The notes: a model not told the origin generated them from the letters alone. DNA of 50,653 nt from a virus (IMGVR_UViG_3300019879_000025:1-50653), one strand, 5' to 3'; positions 38,504-47,366 are shown, counted from the first letter of the stretch. Numbers and translations: made by a program.

Positions 38504-38689
38504 TTACCGCGGAGGGATAGGTGGCTGCGGTGGTGGTTGATCGTCACCCACATACAGCTTAGTGTTCTTGGCTCCGAGCCTTTCGAGAGTCTCGGCAATG
38601 ACCTGCTTTACCAGGGCATCTGATGTGTTGACCGGAAAATCAGCAATGAAAAAGCCATGGATCTTCGTGTCTGATTTATTGCCCGACAT
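38504..38689 (-). CDS. Small hypothetical protein
   Basis: Probable start MSGNKSD after CAGGAG. Confidence 0.45.
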   Translation of the reverse strand: MSGNKSDTKIHGFFIADFPVNTSDALVKQVIAETLERLGAKNTKLYVGDDQPPPQPPIPPR

Positions 38690-39050
38690 TGGTTGCAATC
38701 TCCTGTCTATAGACAATGCGCCGACCTGCTGCATCGCAAAAGGCTGGACAGAAGTCAGCGCGGATAATGTGCTTTTTGCCTAACCGTTGTTCATACTCGA
38801 TTCCCATCATCATTTCCCCTGGATTGAAGTCCTGGGCGGTATCGAAGTCGAACTTGTAATCCTTGAGGCCCGCCGGCCGCAGAAGGTAATGAGTTGAGTC
38901 GAATCGCTCCTGCACTAACACATTCTGGTATAGGTGCCTGTTATCGACGAACTGGTGGTCTCGCCAAAGCCACCCAAAGAACGATCCAAAGCAAAAGAAA
39001 ACCAACGCTACGGCGATCAGGGGTTTAAGTCCTGCTGCGCTGGACCAGGA
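38676..39050 (-). CDS. Membrane-anchored hypothetical protein (start uncertain)
   Basis: TM LIAVALVFFCFGSFFGWLW followed by a soluble domain; the 5' extension in the track overlaps the neighbouring gene. Confidence 0.4.
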   Translation of the reverse strand, partial: SWSSAAGLKPLIAVALVFFCFGSFFGWLWRDHQFVDNRHLYQNVLVQERFDSTHYLLRPAGLKDYKFDFDTAQDFNPGEMMMGIEYEQRLGKKHIIRADFCPAFCDAAGRRIVYRQEIATNVGQ

Positions 39051-39309
39051 TTGAATCCTCCCCGCCGTCGATAGCTGAGATTCTCCGGGTTGCACTCTCC
39101 AGAGCACTACGAAGTTCTTTAACTTCGGTACGAAGGGAGTCTTGTTGAGCAAACCATTTAGTGATCGCACGTTTGACAAGGACAGAAACAGCCACCCCAC
39201 CAACAGCACAAATCCCACTAAAGATAGCAGCAAGGGCAGCCAGGGCGAGATGAAGGACCTCGCCATCGGTTGTCCCAGACTGAAGTATGAGAGGAATATA
39301 TTCATTCAT
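39025..39309 (-). CDS. Single-TM coiled-coil membrane protein (holin-like candidate)
   Basis: Hydrophobic LALAALAAIFSGICAVGGVAVSVLV then a coiled coil; heads the lysis cluster. Confidence 0.5.
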   Translation of the reverse strand: MNEYIPLILQSGTTDGEVLHLALAALAAIFSGICAVGGVAVSVLVKRAITKWFAQQDSLRTEVKELRSALESATRRISAIDGGEDSILVQRSRT

Positions 39310-39387
39310 TCGTCCATTCCGGCCAGTCTTAAAAATTAGGTCGAGGTCAAGGATTTTACTTCTTGTTATCTACTACGAAAAATCGTT

Positions 39388-42051
39388 TCAGTGAGTCCAT
39401 GCGCCGTTTTCCCTAAAACATGTCCTTCCAGTGCCCGCTCCAGCAGCGCATGTAGCATTGCAATCGGTACAGAAAATCTGTGTTCCATTTATGGCTGCAG
39501 TTGGCAGTGTGGCAAAGGTGAAATTGACTGGCTGCAACCCGCAGCCTTTGGTATTGGGGCAGTTCACTGTACCCGTTCCCAGGCTACCAAGATTGAGGGA
39601 ATTTACTCCAACATTTTCATTTATTCCAACACCGGCCGCGTGTTCCGTCACCTGCACATACCAGCGTGTCGTCGTCGCACCACTGGAAAAACTGTTAGTC
39701 GCTACGACATCGTTTTGGCTGTCTCTCAATACCACGTCATCGAAGGTGTTAGCCTGGGCTGCCGAATTCTTGTTCAGGAACGTATTGTTAGAGATCATTT
39801 CCTCGCCAGCGGTAAACGTCTGGTCATCGCCTGGACCGTCGCCAAGCACCATGATGTCTTGAGTAAAGTTGTTTGCGAACTGGTTCATGGACACTTGGCA
39901 TTGCGTCGAGGTAAGTCCTCCGCCGAGACCGTACATCACTATTCCAGGGCCGAAGTTACCACCAAAGTCACTTCCTGTGATTCTGCAGGCGCCAGAGTCA
40001 ACGTTCTCTAAACCTCCGCCCCAGAACACCGTTGCACCTACGAGACCAGCAACCGAAGACCGGCAATGCGTTGTAGAAAACGTCGTGGATGTGACAGCAG
40101 ATACAAGGCACGGTATGCCGTTGATCTGCACGAGGGTGTTCGTTACGGGTGTGGCGTTGACGTTCGTCCATAACGTGCCTGAGACGAAAGTGGCGATTCC
40201 GCCACCATCGGTATTGACGACCGCTCGTAGCCCGTTAGCCTCAAACTCAGTCGCGGTATCGGCAAAGAAGTCATTGGTGCCTAGACTGTAGATTCCGTCG
40301 CCGCCGTTATTGAGGAAAATGGAGTTGTTGGTCTTTGGGACGGCAGACTGGTTGCTCGTGCCGGTGCTGCTGATCCACCATCCATGTGACGGAAAGTTCT
40401 CGATCACCACCCTATCGAGCTTTGTACGGCCGGCGACATTCGTCTTGACTCCAACGCCACCGGTTGTCTGGTTGGCTTTGTTCCCGTCGAGTCCGAGGTC
40501 GCGCAGGTATGCGCCAGTGCCGCTGAGAATCACGAGCGCCGCGAGGTTAGAGGCGTTTGCTGCGCGGATGCAGGTTCCATTGTTGTTATCGCAAGGACTT
40601 CCAACGATAGGAGTGGGCAGTCCAACAATGCCAGCGCCCTGGCCTACCGTTATGGCCGCACTCGTTGTGAAGAGACCAGACTGGATAAAATACAAGTGAT
40701 GGTTGGCGCTGATGGTTACTGCTGTGCTCCATGTCGTACCGCAGGCACGGTTAACGAGGATCATGCCTGGATTGGCTCCGAGGGCAGTGTCCTGGAAGTT
40801 GATCTTCGCTCCGCAGTCGCCGCCGGTTCCACGATCCGCGAATACCATGGACTCGATATTGTTGGCGCTGAATTTTCCGGTGCTGTCAAACCTTCCAACT
40901 TCAAGTAGATCCGTAAGAGTTGCCGATGGCGTGCCTCCTAAGTTGGCCACATAGAAACCGAGTGCACCGTTATAATCAGTAGCAGAATTAGTTCGTATAC
41001 CAGCAACGCCAGCAGTTACCGTCAAGTTGAGGGCATCAGAGAATACAAAACCACCAACTCTTTCTGTTGATGAAGTCGCAGCGCCAATTCTTTCAAAGTT
41101 AGCGATCTGAGTCCTTGTTCCGACTCCTGCGTCGGTGACTGCGATTGTCTCTGGTCCAAAGGACGTCAAAGAACCAGCCGTAAGCCCAAATCCATTCAGG
41201 CTCAACGGGCCGTTTATCGTCTGGGTGCCATTGCTTGTCGGTATCGTCACGATTGGCTGGGGAAACTGAACAATCCCAGTAGAAATCGGCGTACCCTGCG
41301 AGACGTTGACGCTCGCGCCCCAGAGATACCAGAGTTGCGGGTATCCGGAGATCTGGCTGCCCGCCTGGGTGAGGATGTTGGTCTTGTATCCAGTGAAACT
41401 CGGGATCAGCGTGTCATTGAACAGCGGCTGACAGATGCTGGTGTTCGTCGAAGGAAGCGCAGCGCCAGAAATAAGAGGAACCGACTGTTGATAGTTGCCG
41501 GCGATCACACCGTTGGTTACGGTCACGAATCCCTGAAGAGTTTCCGTGCCGCTAGATGTGGAGATGTAAACGTTCAGGCGCGTAGCAAGCGCCGGCACTG
41601 AGGTTGGAGCATTAGCTATGAGCGTTCCGACTCCGCCGAGGGCCAACGTGGATTCTGTTGACGCTTCAACTTCGCCCGTGCCATTGAACCACGTGAGTTT
41701 AACGAAGTACGTGGTATTAGGCAGCGTCCCAGAGCCAAGGTTGGCTGATAGTACCGGCGCCGCAACCGCCGATGATCCAGGCAGGCCGACGATATTGCCG
41801 TTTGAATCAGTCCAGCAGTTCATGACCGTAGGCGCAACAATAGCCGTTCCAACCTGGACAGCGGGATAGTTCAGTGTAAAAGAGATTCTTCCGTTCGCGA
41901 CAGGCAGGCCGCTATTGGGCCCAATGATCCTGCCGGTGACGTTGGACGCTGAAAGACTCGAGACCAGGGCGATAGTGAAAACCAAAAGACCCGGAATTGA
42001 TCCGAGCCCTTTGATTGCTCTGGCAATTCTCCGCGACCTCTCTTTCCTCAT
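39388..42051 (-). CDS. Tailspike-like right-handed beta-helix protein with N-terminal signal peptide (887 aa)
   Basis: ATG 42051 is ATGA-coupled. Basic n-region, then GLLVFTIALVSSLSA|S. DCGAKIN, LRDLGLDGNKANQ and NNGGDGI beta-helix motifs; C-terminal TFATLPTA...IFCTDC...NGAW; 16 Cys. Confidence 0.75.
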   Translation of the reverse strand: MRKERSRRIARAIKGLGSIPGLLVFTIALVSSLSASNVTGRIIGPNSGLPVANGRISFTLNYPAVQVGTAIVAPTVMNCWTDSNGNIVGLPGSSAVAAPVLSANLGSGTLPNTTYFVKLTWFNGTGEVEASTESTLALGGVGTLIANAPTSVPALATRLNVYISTSSGTETLQGFVTVTNGVIAGNYQQSVPLISGAALPSTNTSICQPLFNDTLIPSFTGYKTNILTQAGSQISGYPQLWYLWGASVNVSQGTPISTGIVQFPQPIVTIPTSNGTQTINGPLSLNGFGLTAGSLTSFGPETIAVTDAGVGTRTQIANFERIGAATSSTERVGGFVFSDALNLTVTAGVAGIRTNSATDYNGALGFYVANLGGTPSATLTDLLEVGRFDSTGKFSANNIESMVFADRGTGGDCGAKINFQDTALGANPGMILVNRACGTTWSTAVTISANHHLYFIQSGLFTTSAAITVGQGAGIVGLPTPIVGSPCDNNNGTCIRAANASNLAALVILSGTGAYLRDLGLDGNKANQTTGGVGVKTNVAGRTKLDRVVIENFPSHGWWISSTGTSNQSAVPKTNNSIFLNNGGDGIYSLGTNDFFADTATEFEANGLRAVVNTDGGGIATFVSGTLWTNVNATPVTNTLVQINGIPCLVSAVTSTTFSTTHCRSSVAGLVGATVFWGGGLENVDSGACRITGSDFGGNFGPGIVMYGLGGGLTSTQCQVSMNQFANNFTQDIMVLGDGPGDDQTFTAGEEMISNNTFLNKNSAAQANTFDDVVLRDSQNDVVATNSFSSGATTTRWYVQVTEHAAGVGINENVGVNSLNLGSLGTGTVNCPNTKGCGLQPVNFTFATLPTAAINGTQIFCTDCNATCAAGAGTGRTCFRENGAWTH

Positions 42052-42605
42052 TGATTTACACCTGAAGGCAGAGGGCCGCCACACACGTTGATTTGTGGAG
42101 TTGGGCTGCTTGCCAATGTTTCGACTGTCATCTCTGGATGCCCAAGTACATCCGATACTTCCTCTGATCCAGTGAATACCTGACCAGCATGGCCATCCAT
42201 TCCAAGTGACTCAACAGAGATTGGGTTTGGGAAGCAAACAGGACACGTCTGCATCACGGTCGCATGGCCATGTTCACAGATTCCGGTCTTTTGGCCCGCC
42301 AGGGGCTCCCTCGCTTTCGCTTTGCGCGCGTAGAAGCACGCGATCTCGAGGTGAGTCCGGACCAGGGCCAGTTCGCGGCAATTATCGAGGGTATGATCCA
42401 GCATCGTAAGCAGCTCGTCGAACCGATAGGAGATATTCTGCATATCGTCGATGCCCTTGGCCGTCGGCACGTAGACCTTGAACTCATTGTGCAGAATGTC
42501 GCCTCTGCACATCAGATTTCCAGGGCCGACGAACACAGTGCCTTTTGCGTGAGGATGTTCCTTCCCACGGCAGAGGCAGGGTGGTGTCTTTACTTCAGTT
42601 TCCAT
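42048..42605 (-). CDS. Acb2/Tad1-like helical-hairpin protein (putative nucleotide sponge)
   Basis: Start METEVK at 42605. Core NEFKVYVPTAKGIDDMQNI...FDELL...CRELALVRTHLEIACFYARKAKA resembles the R-E-x-S/A-L-x-x-T-x-L-E-x-A motif of the Acb2/Tad1 family. Confidence 0.55.
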   Translation of the reverse strand: METEVKTPPCLCRGKEHPHAKGTVFVGPGNLMCRGDILHNEFKVYVPTAKGIDDMQNISYRFDELLTMLDHTLDNCRELALVRTHLEIACFYARKAKAREPLAGQKTGICEHGHATVMQTCPVCFPNPISVESLGMDGHAGQVFTGSEEVSDVLGHPEMTVETLASSPTPQINVCGGPLPSGVNQ

Positions 42606-42730
42606 ATGAGACAAGCGTGTACCCTTCCTCAAATGCCGCCGCAGGGGAGAAAGATTTGTAGCCATCTGCGTATACGACGTAATAGCCTCCCGGCTGCGGA
42701 TTGTGCTTCAATATATATGGTAATTATCCC

Positions 42731-42760
42731 TTGACAGTAGGTAAGCGATCAAAGTATGAT
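42731..42760 (+). promoter_or_regulatory. Sigma70-type transposase promoter overlapping the left TIR
   Basis: TTGACA-18 bp-TATGAT, 25 nt upstream of the transposase ATG. Confidence 0.6.
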
Positions 42761-42785
42761 TTTACCTGAGAGTAGGTAATCAGAC

Positions 42786-43688
42786 ATGAACCGCAAACCA
42801 AAAATGCAGCGTTTCACCAAGAAGCACTTTGACAAGATGTTCCCTGATGACGCGACTTGCCTTGATTGGCTCTTTCACTACTTCTTTCCGGACGGGATGC
42901 CGTTCTGTGACAAGTGCCAGAAGCAAACGAAGCATCACCGCGTTGTGAGCCGCCCGTCCTACTCTTGCGACCATTGCGGACATCATGTCCATCCAACGGC
43001 GGATACGATCTTTCACAAGTCGTCCACTGCGCTTACAACTTGGTTCTACGCCACGTATCTCATGGCTTCGACCCGCTGTGGCATCTCCGCAAAGCAGATT
43101 GAACGCGAAACCGGAGTCACGTACAAAACAGCGTGGCGCATGTTTAAGCAGATTCGCTCCATGCTGCAAGAAGGGAACAATCCTCTTGGTGGCCCTGAGA
43201 GTGGCGGCGTAGAGATGGACGAAACTTACGTTGGTGGCCAGCGCAGGGGCAGCAAGCGCGGTCGCCCTGGCCCTGATAGTCCGCACAAGACATGCGTAGT
43301 GGGAATCGTTGAACGCAAAGGCCGCGTCATTGCTCTGACCGCTGACAGTGCAAGCCGCTCCACTCTGCATGGAATCGCAACCGAGAAGATTTTGCCTGAG
43401 TCCACGGTGTTCACGGATGAACTGAGCGCTTATAACGGACTGGATAAGTTCAAAGGTTATGTTCATCGGCGGATTCAACATTCTTCCAAGGTCTACGTTA
43501 TGGGCGAGATACATACGAACACTATCGAAGGCTTCTGGAGTCTCGTAAAAAATGGCTTGCGCGGTGTCTATCATTCTGTTGGCAAAGGATACTTGCAATC
43601 GTTAAGGCTGCGGGCGTTCATGCAGGCCCAAAAACTCCTGTATTCTTCTTGCCATTCCACCAACTCGTTTTTGCAGCGTGCTCAATAG
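42786..43688 (+). CDS. IS1595-family DDE transposase, C-terminus apparently truncated near 43600
   Basis: N-terminal Zn ribbon (CDKC...CDHC), HTH GISAKQIERETGVTYKTAWRM, EMDETY, FTDE, HTNTIEGFW. After YLQS the expected Y..E..FR.N.R tail is replaced by unrelated sequence. Confidence 0.9.
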   Translation: MNRKPKMQRFTKKHFDKMFPDDATCLDWLFHYFFPDGMPFCDKCQKQTKHHRVVSRPSYSCDHCGHHVHPTADTIFHKSSTALTTWFYATYLMASTRCGISAKQIERETGVTYKTAWRMFKQIRSMLQEGNNPLGGPESGGVEMDETYVGGQRRGSKRGRPGPDSPHKTCVVGIVERKGRVIALTADSASRSTLHGIATEKILPESTVFTDELSAYNGLDKFKGYVHRRIQHSSKVYVMGEIHTNTIEGFWSLVKNGLRGVYHSVGKGYLQSLRLRAFMQAQKLLYSSCHSTNSFLQRAQ

Positions 43689-43769
43689 ACTTGCCCTCTC
43701 TGTCGGAAAAAGGATTAGGCGTATAGTTTCACGATTGTCTTCATGGTTCAGTATATCGGCGATGTTCAC
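43602..43769 (-). CDS. Small IS passenger ORF (55 aa)
   Basis: GTG 43769 after GGAGG; MNIADILNHEDNRE...HERPQP*. Its stop abuts the transposase breakpoint. Confidence 0.4.
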   Translation of the reverse strand: MNIADILNHEDNRETIRLILFPTERASLLSTLQKRVGGMARRIQEFLGLHERPQP

Positions 43770-43783
43770 GATTTTCCTCCAAT

Positions 43784-43809
43784 AAAAAACCCGCCCCGAG
43801 GGGCAGGTG
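43784..43809 (-). terminator. Rho-independent terminator after the protease gene
   Basis: Minus strand ACCTGCCCCTCGGGGCGGGT followed by TTTTT. Confidence 0.7.
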
Positions 43810-43833
43810 TGGTTCGTTACGCTGATAAGCGCG

Positions 43834-44799
43834 TTACTTTTTCGCTGTGGTCTTGCGGCTGGCCTTCTTTAGCGCGGACTCGAAATCTTGCTTGGTGAAT
43901 GTCGGCTTTTCACTTTTCCGTGCTGAGTCCAAACCTGGAACTGATGCCTTTCGTGCTTTCTCTTCGACTTGTCTGCGCAAATCCATAAGTGCTGGGCTGT
44001 TGATAGTCTCCAATATCTTGGTCGCTGGAACCACCATTGCAATTCCCATGTTAACACCATGCTTGCGATCTTGCTTCACCATTGCCTTGTTCATGTCGGA
44101 TTCCTTTATATCCCAATGTCCATGCGTTAAACCAAACAAGTAGAAATCGCCAACTCCGAGAAAATCAAGGTTTGCGCCGCCATCGTCACGGGTTGCCTGG
44201 AGCGTCACCGTTTCCCTTACGAACACTGGAGAACCACTAATGCCACCAATTGATCTGGCTTCTACAAGGTAAACATCGGCGTATCCTAGCTCTGTCTGAA
44301 TCTGCTCATCAGGCAGCATGGCGATGTTGCCGTGTCTCACAATGGGGAAGTTTCTTGAATTGTTCTGGGCTGGCGTGAAGAGTCCGGTCGTGAATACCTC
44401 ATCGCCAACTCCAATGTTCTTGGCTTTCATCATCTCTGGCGTAACAAAGACATCTATTGGAATGAAAACTGTGTCCATGTCGCGGTGGGGTGTCACTGGC
44501 AGAACTGCAACATCCGCCGTTTTGTCTGTTGGATGCAACACCCACTTGTTAAATACGTCGCGTACCTGAGTGACCCCGCCTCCGACCTTGTTAACCTGAA
44601 AATGTATTTTCCTGTCTTTTAAATCTTGCGCAATATGCTTGGCGGTTACAAAGAAGGAATGACTTTTCCCTCTTATTGACGATGGAACGCTCACAAAGAA
44701 TCCAGTCGCATATGGATCACCTTCGACTGAGTTAGCCGTCACATGCGTGGTCTCACAGATGAACCCGACACTCTTGAGAACTACATCAGGCACTCGCAC
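43834..44799 (-). CDS. Trypsin-like serine protease (IS passenger)
   Basis: ATGFFV, FVTAKH (His), DVAVL (Asp), GGISGSPVF (Ser). GTG start 44799 after GGAGG, inside the IS. Confidence 0.85.
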   Translation of the reverse strand: MRVPDVVLKSVGFICETTHVTANSVEGDPYATGFFVSVPSSIRGKSHSFFVTAKHIAQDLKDRKIHFQVNKVGGGVTQVRDVFNKWVLHPTDKTADVAVLPVTPHRDMDTVFIPIDVFVTPEMMKAKNIGVGDEVFTTGLFTPAQNNSRNFPIVRHGNIAMLPDEQIQTELGYADVYLVEARSIGGISGSPVFVRETVTLQATRDDGGANLDFLGVGDFYLFGLTHGHWDIKESDMNKAMVKQDRKHGVNMGIAMVVPATKILETINSPALMDLRRQVEEKARKASVPGLDSARKSEKPTFTKQDFESALKKASRKTTAKK

Positions 44800-45262
44800 A
44801 GAATGGTCACACCTCCGTTTGACGCGGAAACCCCATTCTCCTACGGAACGGTCCGTGTCATTCGCATGGAAATAGTGTATACCTACTGTCAAGGGATAAT
44901 TACCATATATATTCCTCATCCACTGGAAACGAAGCGTAGCCTTCGTCAGCAGGCGCAATGATTGCTCCGGGCGCGTAAAACGTCGCTGGAACAAAGTTGT
45001 GATCCATGCCAACATCGCCTCTTGCTGCTTCTGCGGTATGCAGCCGCTGCGCTTCCCCGCAGACTATCCGTTGTCCGTTGACCATCACAACATCGCCACA
45101 TCCGACCTCGCGCTTTATTTGGGCGATCTTGAGTGCATGAACGTCCTTATGGCATTTATAGAGAGGCAGTTGTCGTTCAGTTATCATGTGCTTTCCTTCT
45201 TTTCTTCTCCCTCTCCGCCTTTATTTGCGCCGATGCACATGTCGATGAATTCATTAAACGAC

Positions 45263-45982
45263 TCAAGCGGACGCTGGTGCGTGGATAATTTCACCCACGC
45301 CGGGAGCGTTGAACTCTTCTGGTACGAGGAAGACTTTGGCGTTCTGTCCTTCGCGGAGTCTGTCACAGCAGACAAATTGTGTTTGTTTTCCACCATGGGT
45401 AGTCAATACCCTCTGCCAGTCAGCATGGAAGTGGCCGAATATCCAGAACCGCGGTTGATGTGCCATCAACATCCGTTGAAGCGCCTGGGATGTCCGCGAG
45501 TGGGCCTCGTAATCCCTCTTCTTGCCCATGTCTTTGCAGATCATGACCACGATTCCTGATGGAGCAGTATGAGTCAGGACCAACTCGGGCTTGGTTTCTA
45601 CGTACTTGCGATAGGCGGCCTCGAGTTGCTCGGTTGCCAACTCAGGCGATGCATCCACCAGGGACGTTGCCGGCGCTCCGCTCATGTAGAACATGCGGTG
45701 CTTCGGTTCGTACCCGTAAGCCCCAGCGTAGTTTGGGTGCATGATCGCGGCTCCAGGCTTGTCGTGATTGCCGCGCAGGAACTTGAAGTTCTTACCGTAC
45801 AGCGAAGACTCTCCGGGCCCGCTGCCGATATTGATATTCATGATGGCGACATTGTCGGGTGGCTCACAAACGAAGTCGCCCAGTTGCCAGATGTCAGCGT
45901 CCTTTGGACATGCGGCAATGATCTGCAAGAGTTGCTCGAACGCTCCATGTACGTCACCGATACAGATGAGACGGGATTTCAT
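45263..45982 (-). CDS. Calcineurin-like metallophosphoesterase
   Basis: IGDVHG, QLGDF, RGNHD, LTHTAP and FGHFH motifs. Confidence 0.88.
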   Translation of the reverse strand: MKSRLICIGDVHGAFEQLLQIIAACPKDADIWQLGDFVCEPPDNVAIMNINIGSGPGESSLYGKNFKFLRGNHDKPGAAIMHPNYAGAYGYEPKHRMFYMSGAPATSLVDASPELATEQLEAAYRKYVETKPELVLTHTAPSGIVVMICKDMGKKRDYEAHSRTSQALQRMLMAHQPRFWIFGHFHADWQRVLTTHGGKQTQFVCCDRLREGQNAKVFLVPEEFNAPGVGEIIHAPASA

Positions 45983-46311
45983 GCTGCTTCCTCGTCCGTG
46001 GCGTCAGCCATCATCTGCTCGAGGTCCCATAGGCCGATCCCGGCATTGCCGGCATTCCGCGGCGCGGCGTCAAAGCGCTTCCAGAACTGATCCCGATACT
46101 CGGACTTCTGTAAAGCCAGGTGCGTCAGGACCAGCCGGCAATGTTCGCGGCCGCACACCTGGGAGCAGGAATCGAACAGCATGTCCTCGTGGCAGAGTTT
46201 GCACTTGGTGTAGTTCGTACAGTGACCGCGCGCGTCGCGCGCGTGGAGACTGGGAAACATTGTCGCCAGACCAAAACCGAAACTGGCGACTGATCCTTGG
46301 GTGGTGTTCAT
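45979..46311 (-). CDS. Cys-rich hypothetical protein (110 aa)
   Basis: CKLC...CSQVC...HC; ATGA-coupled to the phosphoesterase. Confidence 0.5.
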   Translation of the reverse strand: MNTTQGSVASFGFGLATMFPSLHARDARGHCTNYTKCKLCHEDMLFDSCSQVCGREHCRLVLTHLALQKSEYRDQFWKRFDAAPRNAGNAGIGLWDLEQMMADATDEEAA

Positions 46312-46411
46312 TGGCTGAGCCTGAAATTATCCCAGGATTGGATTTTTGTAGCTTCAGGATGGCCTATAGACTCGTGTTGAGAAGTTTTGGACATGAGGTA
46401 CTAACGAACTT

Positions 46412-46615
46412 TCAACGAGTTACGACGACCGGGACCGCTGCGGGGAGTATCTGGGCAGCGCCAAAAAGCCGACCATTTACGTCATCGCTTGCACAGTCCA
46501 GATACACCTGGGCGATTCTTCCGGCTCGGATGATCGCTTGCATGCGGTCCTTCACGGTCGCGTTCGTACTGCACGCCGTCAGGAATATGGCAACTACCAG
46601 ATCGTCCTGATTCAC
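46412..46615 (-). CDS. Hypothetical protein (67 aa)
   Basis: GTGA-coupled, co-oriented. Confidence 0.45.
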   Translation of the reverse strand: MNQDDLVVAIFLTACSTNATVKDRMQAIIRAGRIAQVYLDCASDDVNGRLFGAAQILPAAVPVVVTR

Positions 46616-46851
46616 CGTCCGTTGTCCCTCGGCGTGGTGCTCAACTTGATGGACGGAGATTGGGGTCGGTAGAACTTACATTGCACCGCGTTACTCCAGT
46701 CCATGCCTTTCTCGATGGCCTGGACGGGGGTTATCTTCCCCTCGTTGACTTCATTGAGCAGAGAGTCGACAACGTCGTTAAACCCGAAGTGGATAAGAAT
46801 CATGTTCAGGCAGATCCGCGCGCAGACCAGATCCTCGGATGGCTTGCGCAT
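46612..46851 (-). CDS. Hypothetical protein
   Basis: Probable TAATG-coupled start MRKPSED at 46851. Confidence 0.45.
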   Translation of the reverse strand: MRKPSEDLVCARICLNMILIHFGFNDVVDSLLNEVNEGKITPVQAIEKGMDWSNAVQCKFYRPQSPSIKLSTTPRDNGR

Positions 46852-47366
46852 TAGTGCACCAACGCCCACCTGGGGAAGCCAGGGCCATTCTGGACCTTGC
46901 CGCGGTTCGGCCTTACCGTCTGTCCGATCACACTCCAGCCGGAGAACTCCTGTTCTTCACGTTGCTGCTTCACATACTCCGGTAGCGCGTTGGTCGGAAG
47001 CTCGATGATCGCTTTTACTCCCGAGTACCCATAGACGCTGTGATTGCCGAAATAGTGAGTGCCGGCCTTCTTCAGTTCGCGTGCTTTTTCGTGATCGATG
47101 AAACAGGTAGGAAGGTCCACATGGGGATTTTGATGTGCATCAAAGACTGGGACCTGGATGTTGGCAGACACTTTGGTTGTATTCAATTTGAGGCTGGCTC
47201 CTGGCACTCGTAGCAGGTGATACACGTCGAGCGCACTCTTTGCCTGGGCGGCGCGCAATCCCTTGTGGAAATCAGTCGATGGCTGGAGATTACGTCTGTA
47301 ATCTGGTTCTAGGCAAGCCTTGTACGGCGTGACGACGGCGTCTTTTGGCTTCTTTCTGCATATCAC
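46851..47366 (-). CDS. Hypothetical protein (start uncertain)
   Basis: Co-oriented 171-aa ORF. Confidence 0.5.
   Translation of the reverse strand: MICRKKPKDAVVTPYKACLEPDYRRNLQPSTDFHKGLRAAQAKSALDVYHLLRVPGASLKLNTTKVSANIQVPVFDAHQNPHVDLPTCFIDHEKARELKKAGTHYFGNHSVYGYSGVKAIIELPTNALPEYVKQQREEQEFSGWSVIGQTVRPNRGKVQNGPGFPRWALVH

Larger units (their letters stand above)
42719..44904 (+). mobile_element. IS1595-family element with passenger genes (2186 bp)
   Basis: Perfect 25-bp TIRs GGTAATTATCCCTTGACAGTAGGTA (42719-42743 and 44880-44904); 8-bp TSD ATATATAT (42711-42718 and 44905-44912). Confidence 0.95.
42595..45187 (-). pseudogene. Small phage gene split by the IS (5' part 45187-44905, 3' part 42710-42595)
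   Basis: Removing the IS and one TSD copy restores in-frame MITERQLPLYKCHKDVHALKI...FPVDEEYI-LKHNPQPGGYYVVYADGYKSFSPAAAFEEGYTLVSYGN*. Confidence 0.88.

Noticed and set aside
42780-43598. 272-aa minus-strand ORF
   Set aside because: Antisense shadow of the IS1595 transposase.
44800-45015. N-terminal extension of the protease ORF
   Set aside because: It crosses the right TIR into the disrupted phage gene; an RBS-supported GTG lies at 44799.
45569-46610. Plus-strand ORFs of 173 and 280 aa
   Set aside because: They overlap motif-bearing or coupled minus-strand genes and have shadow-like composition.
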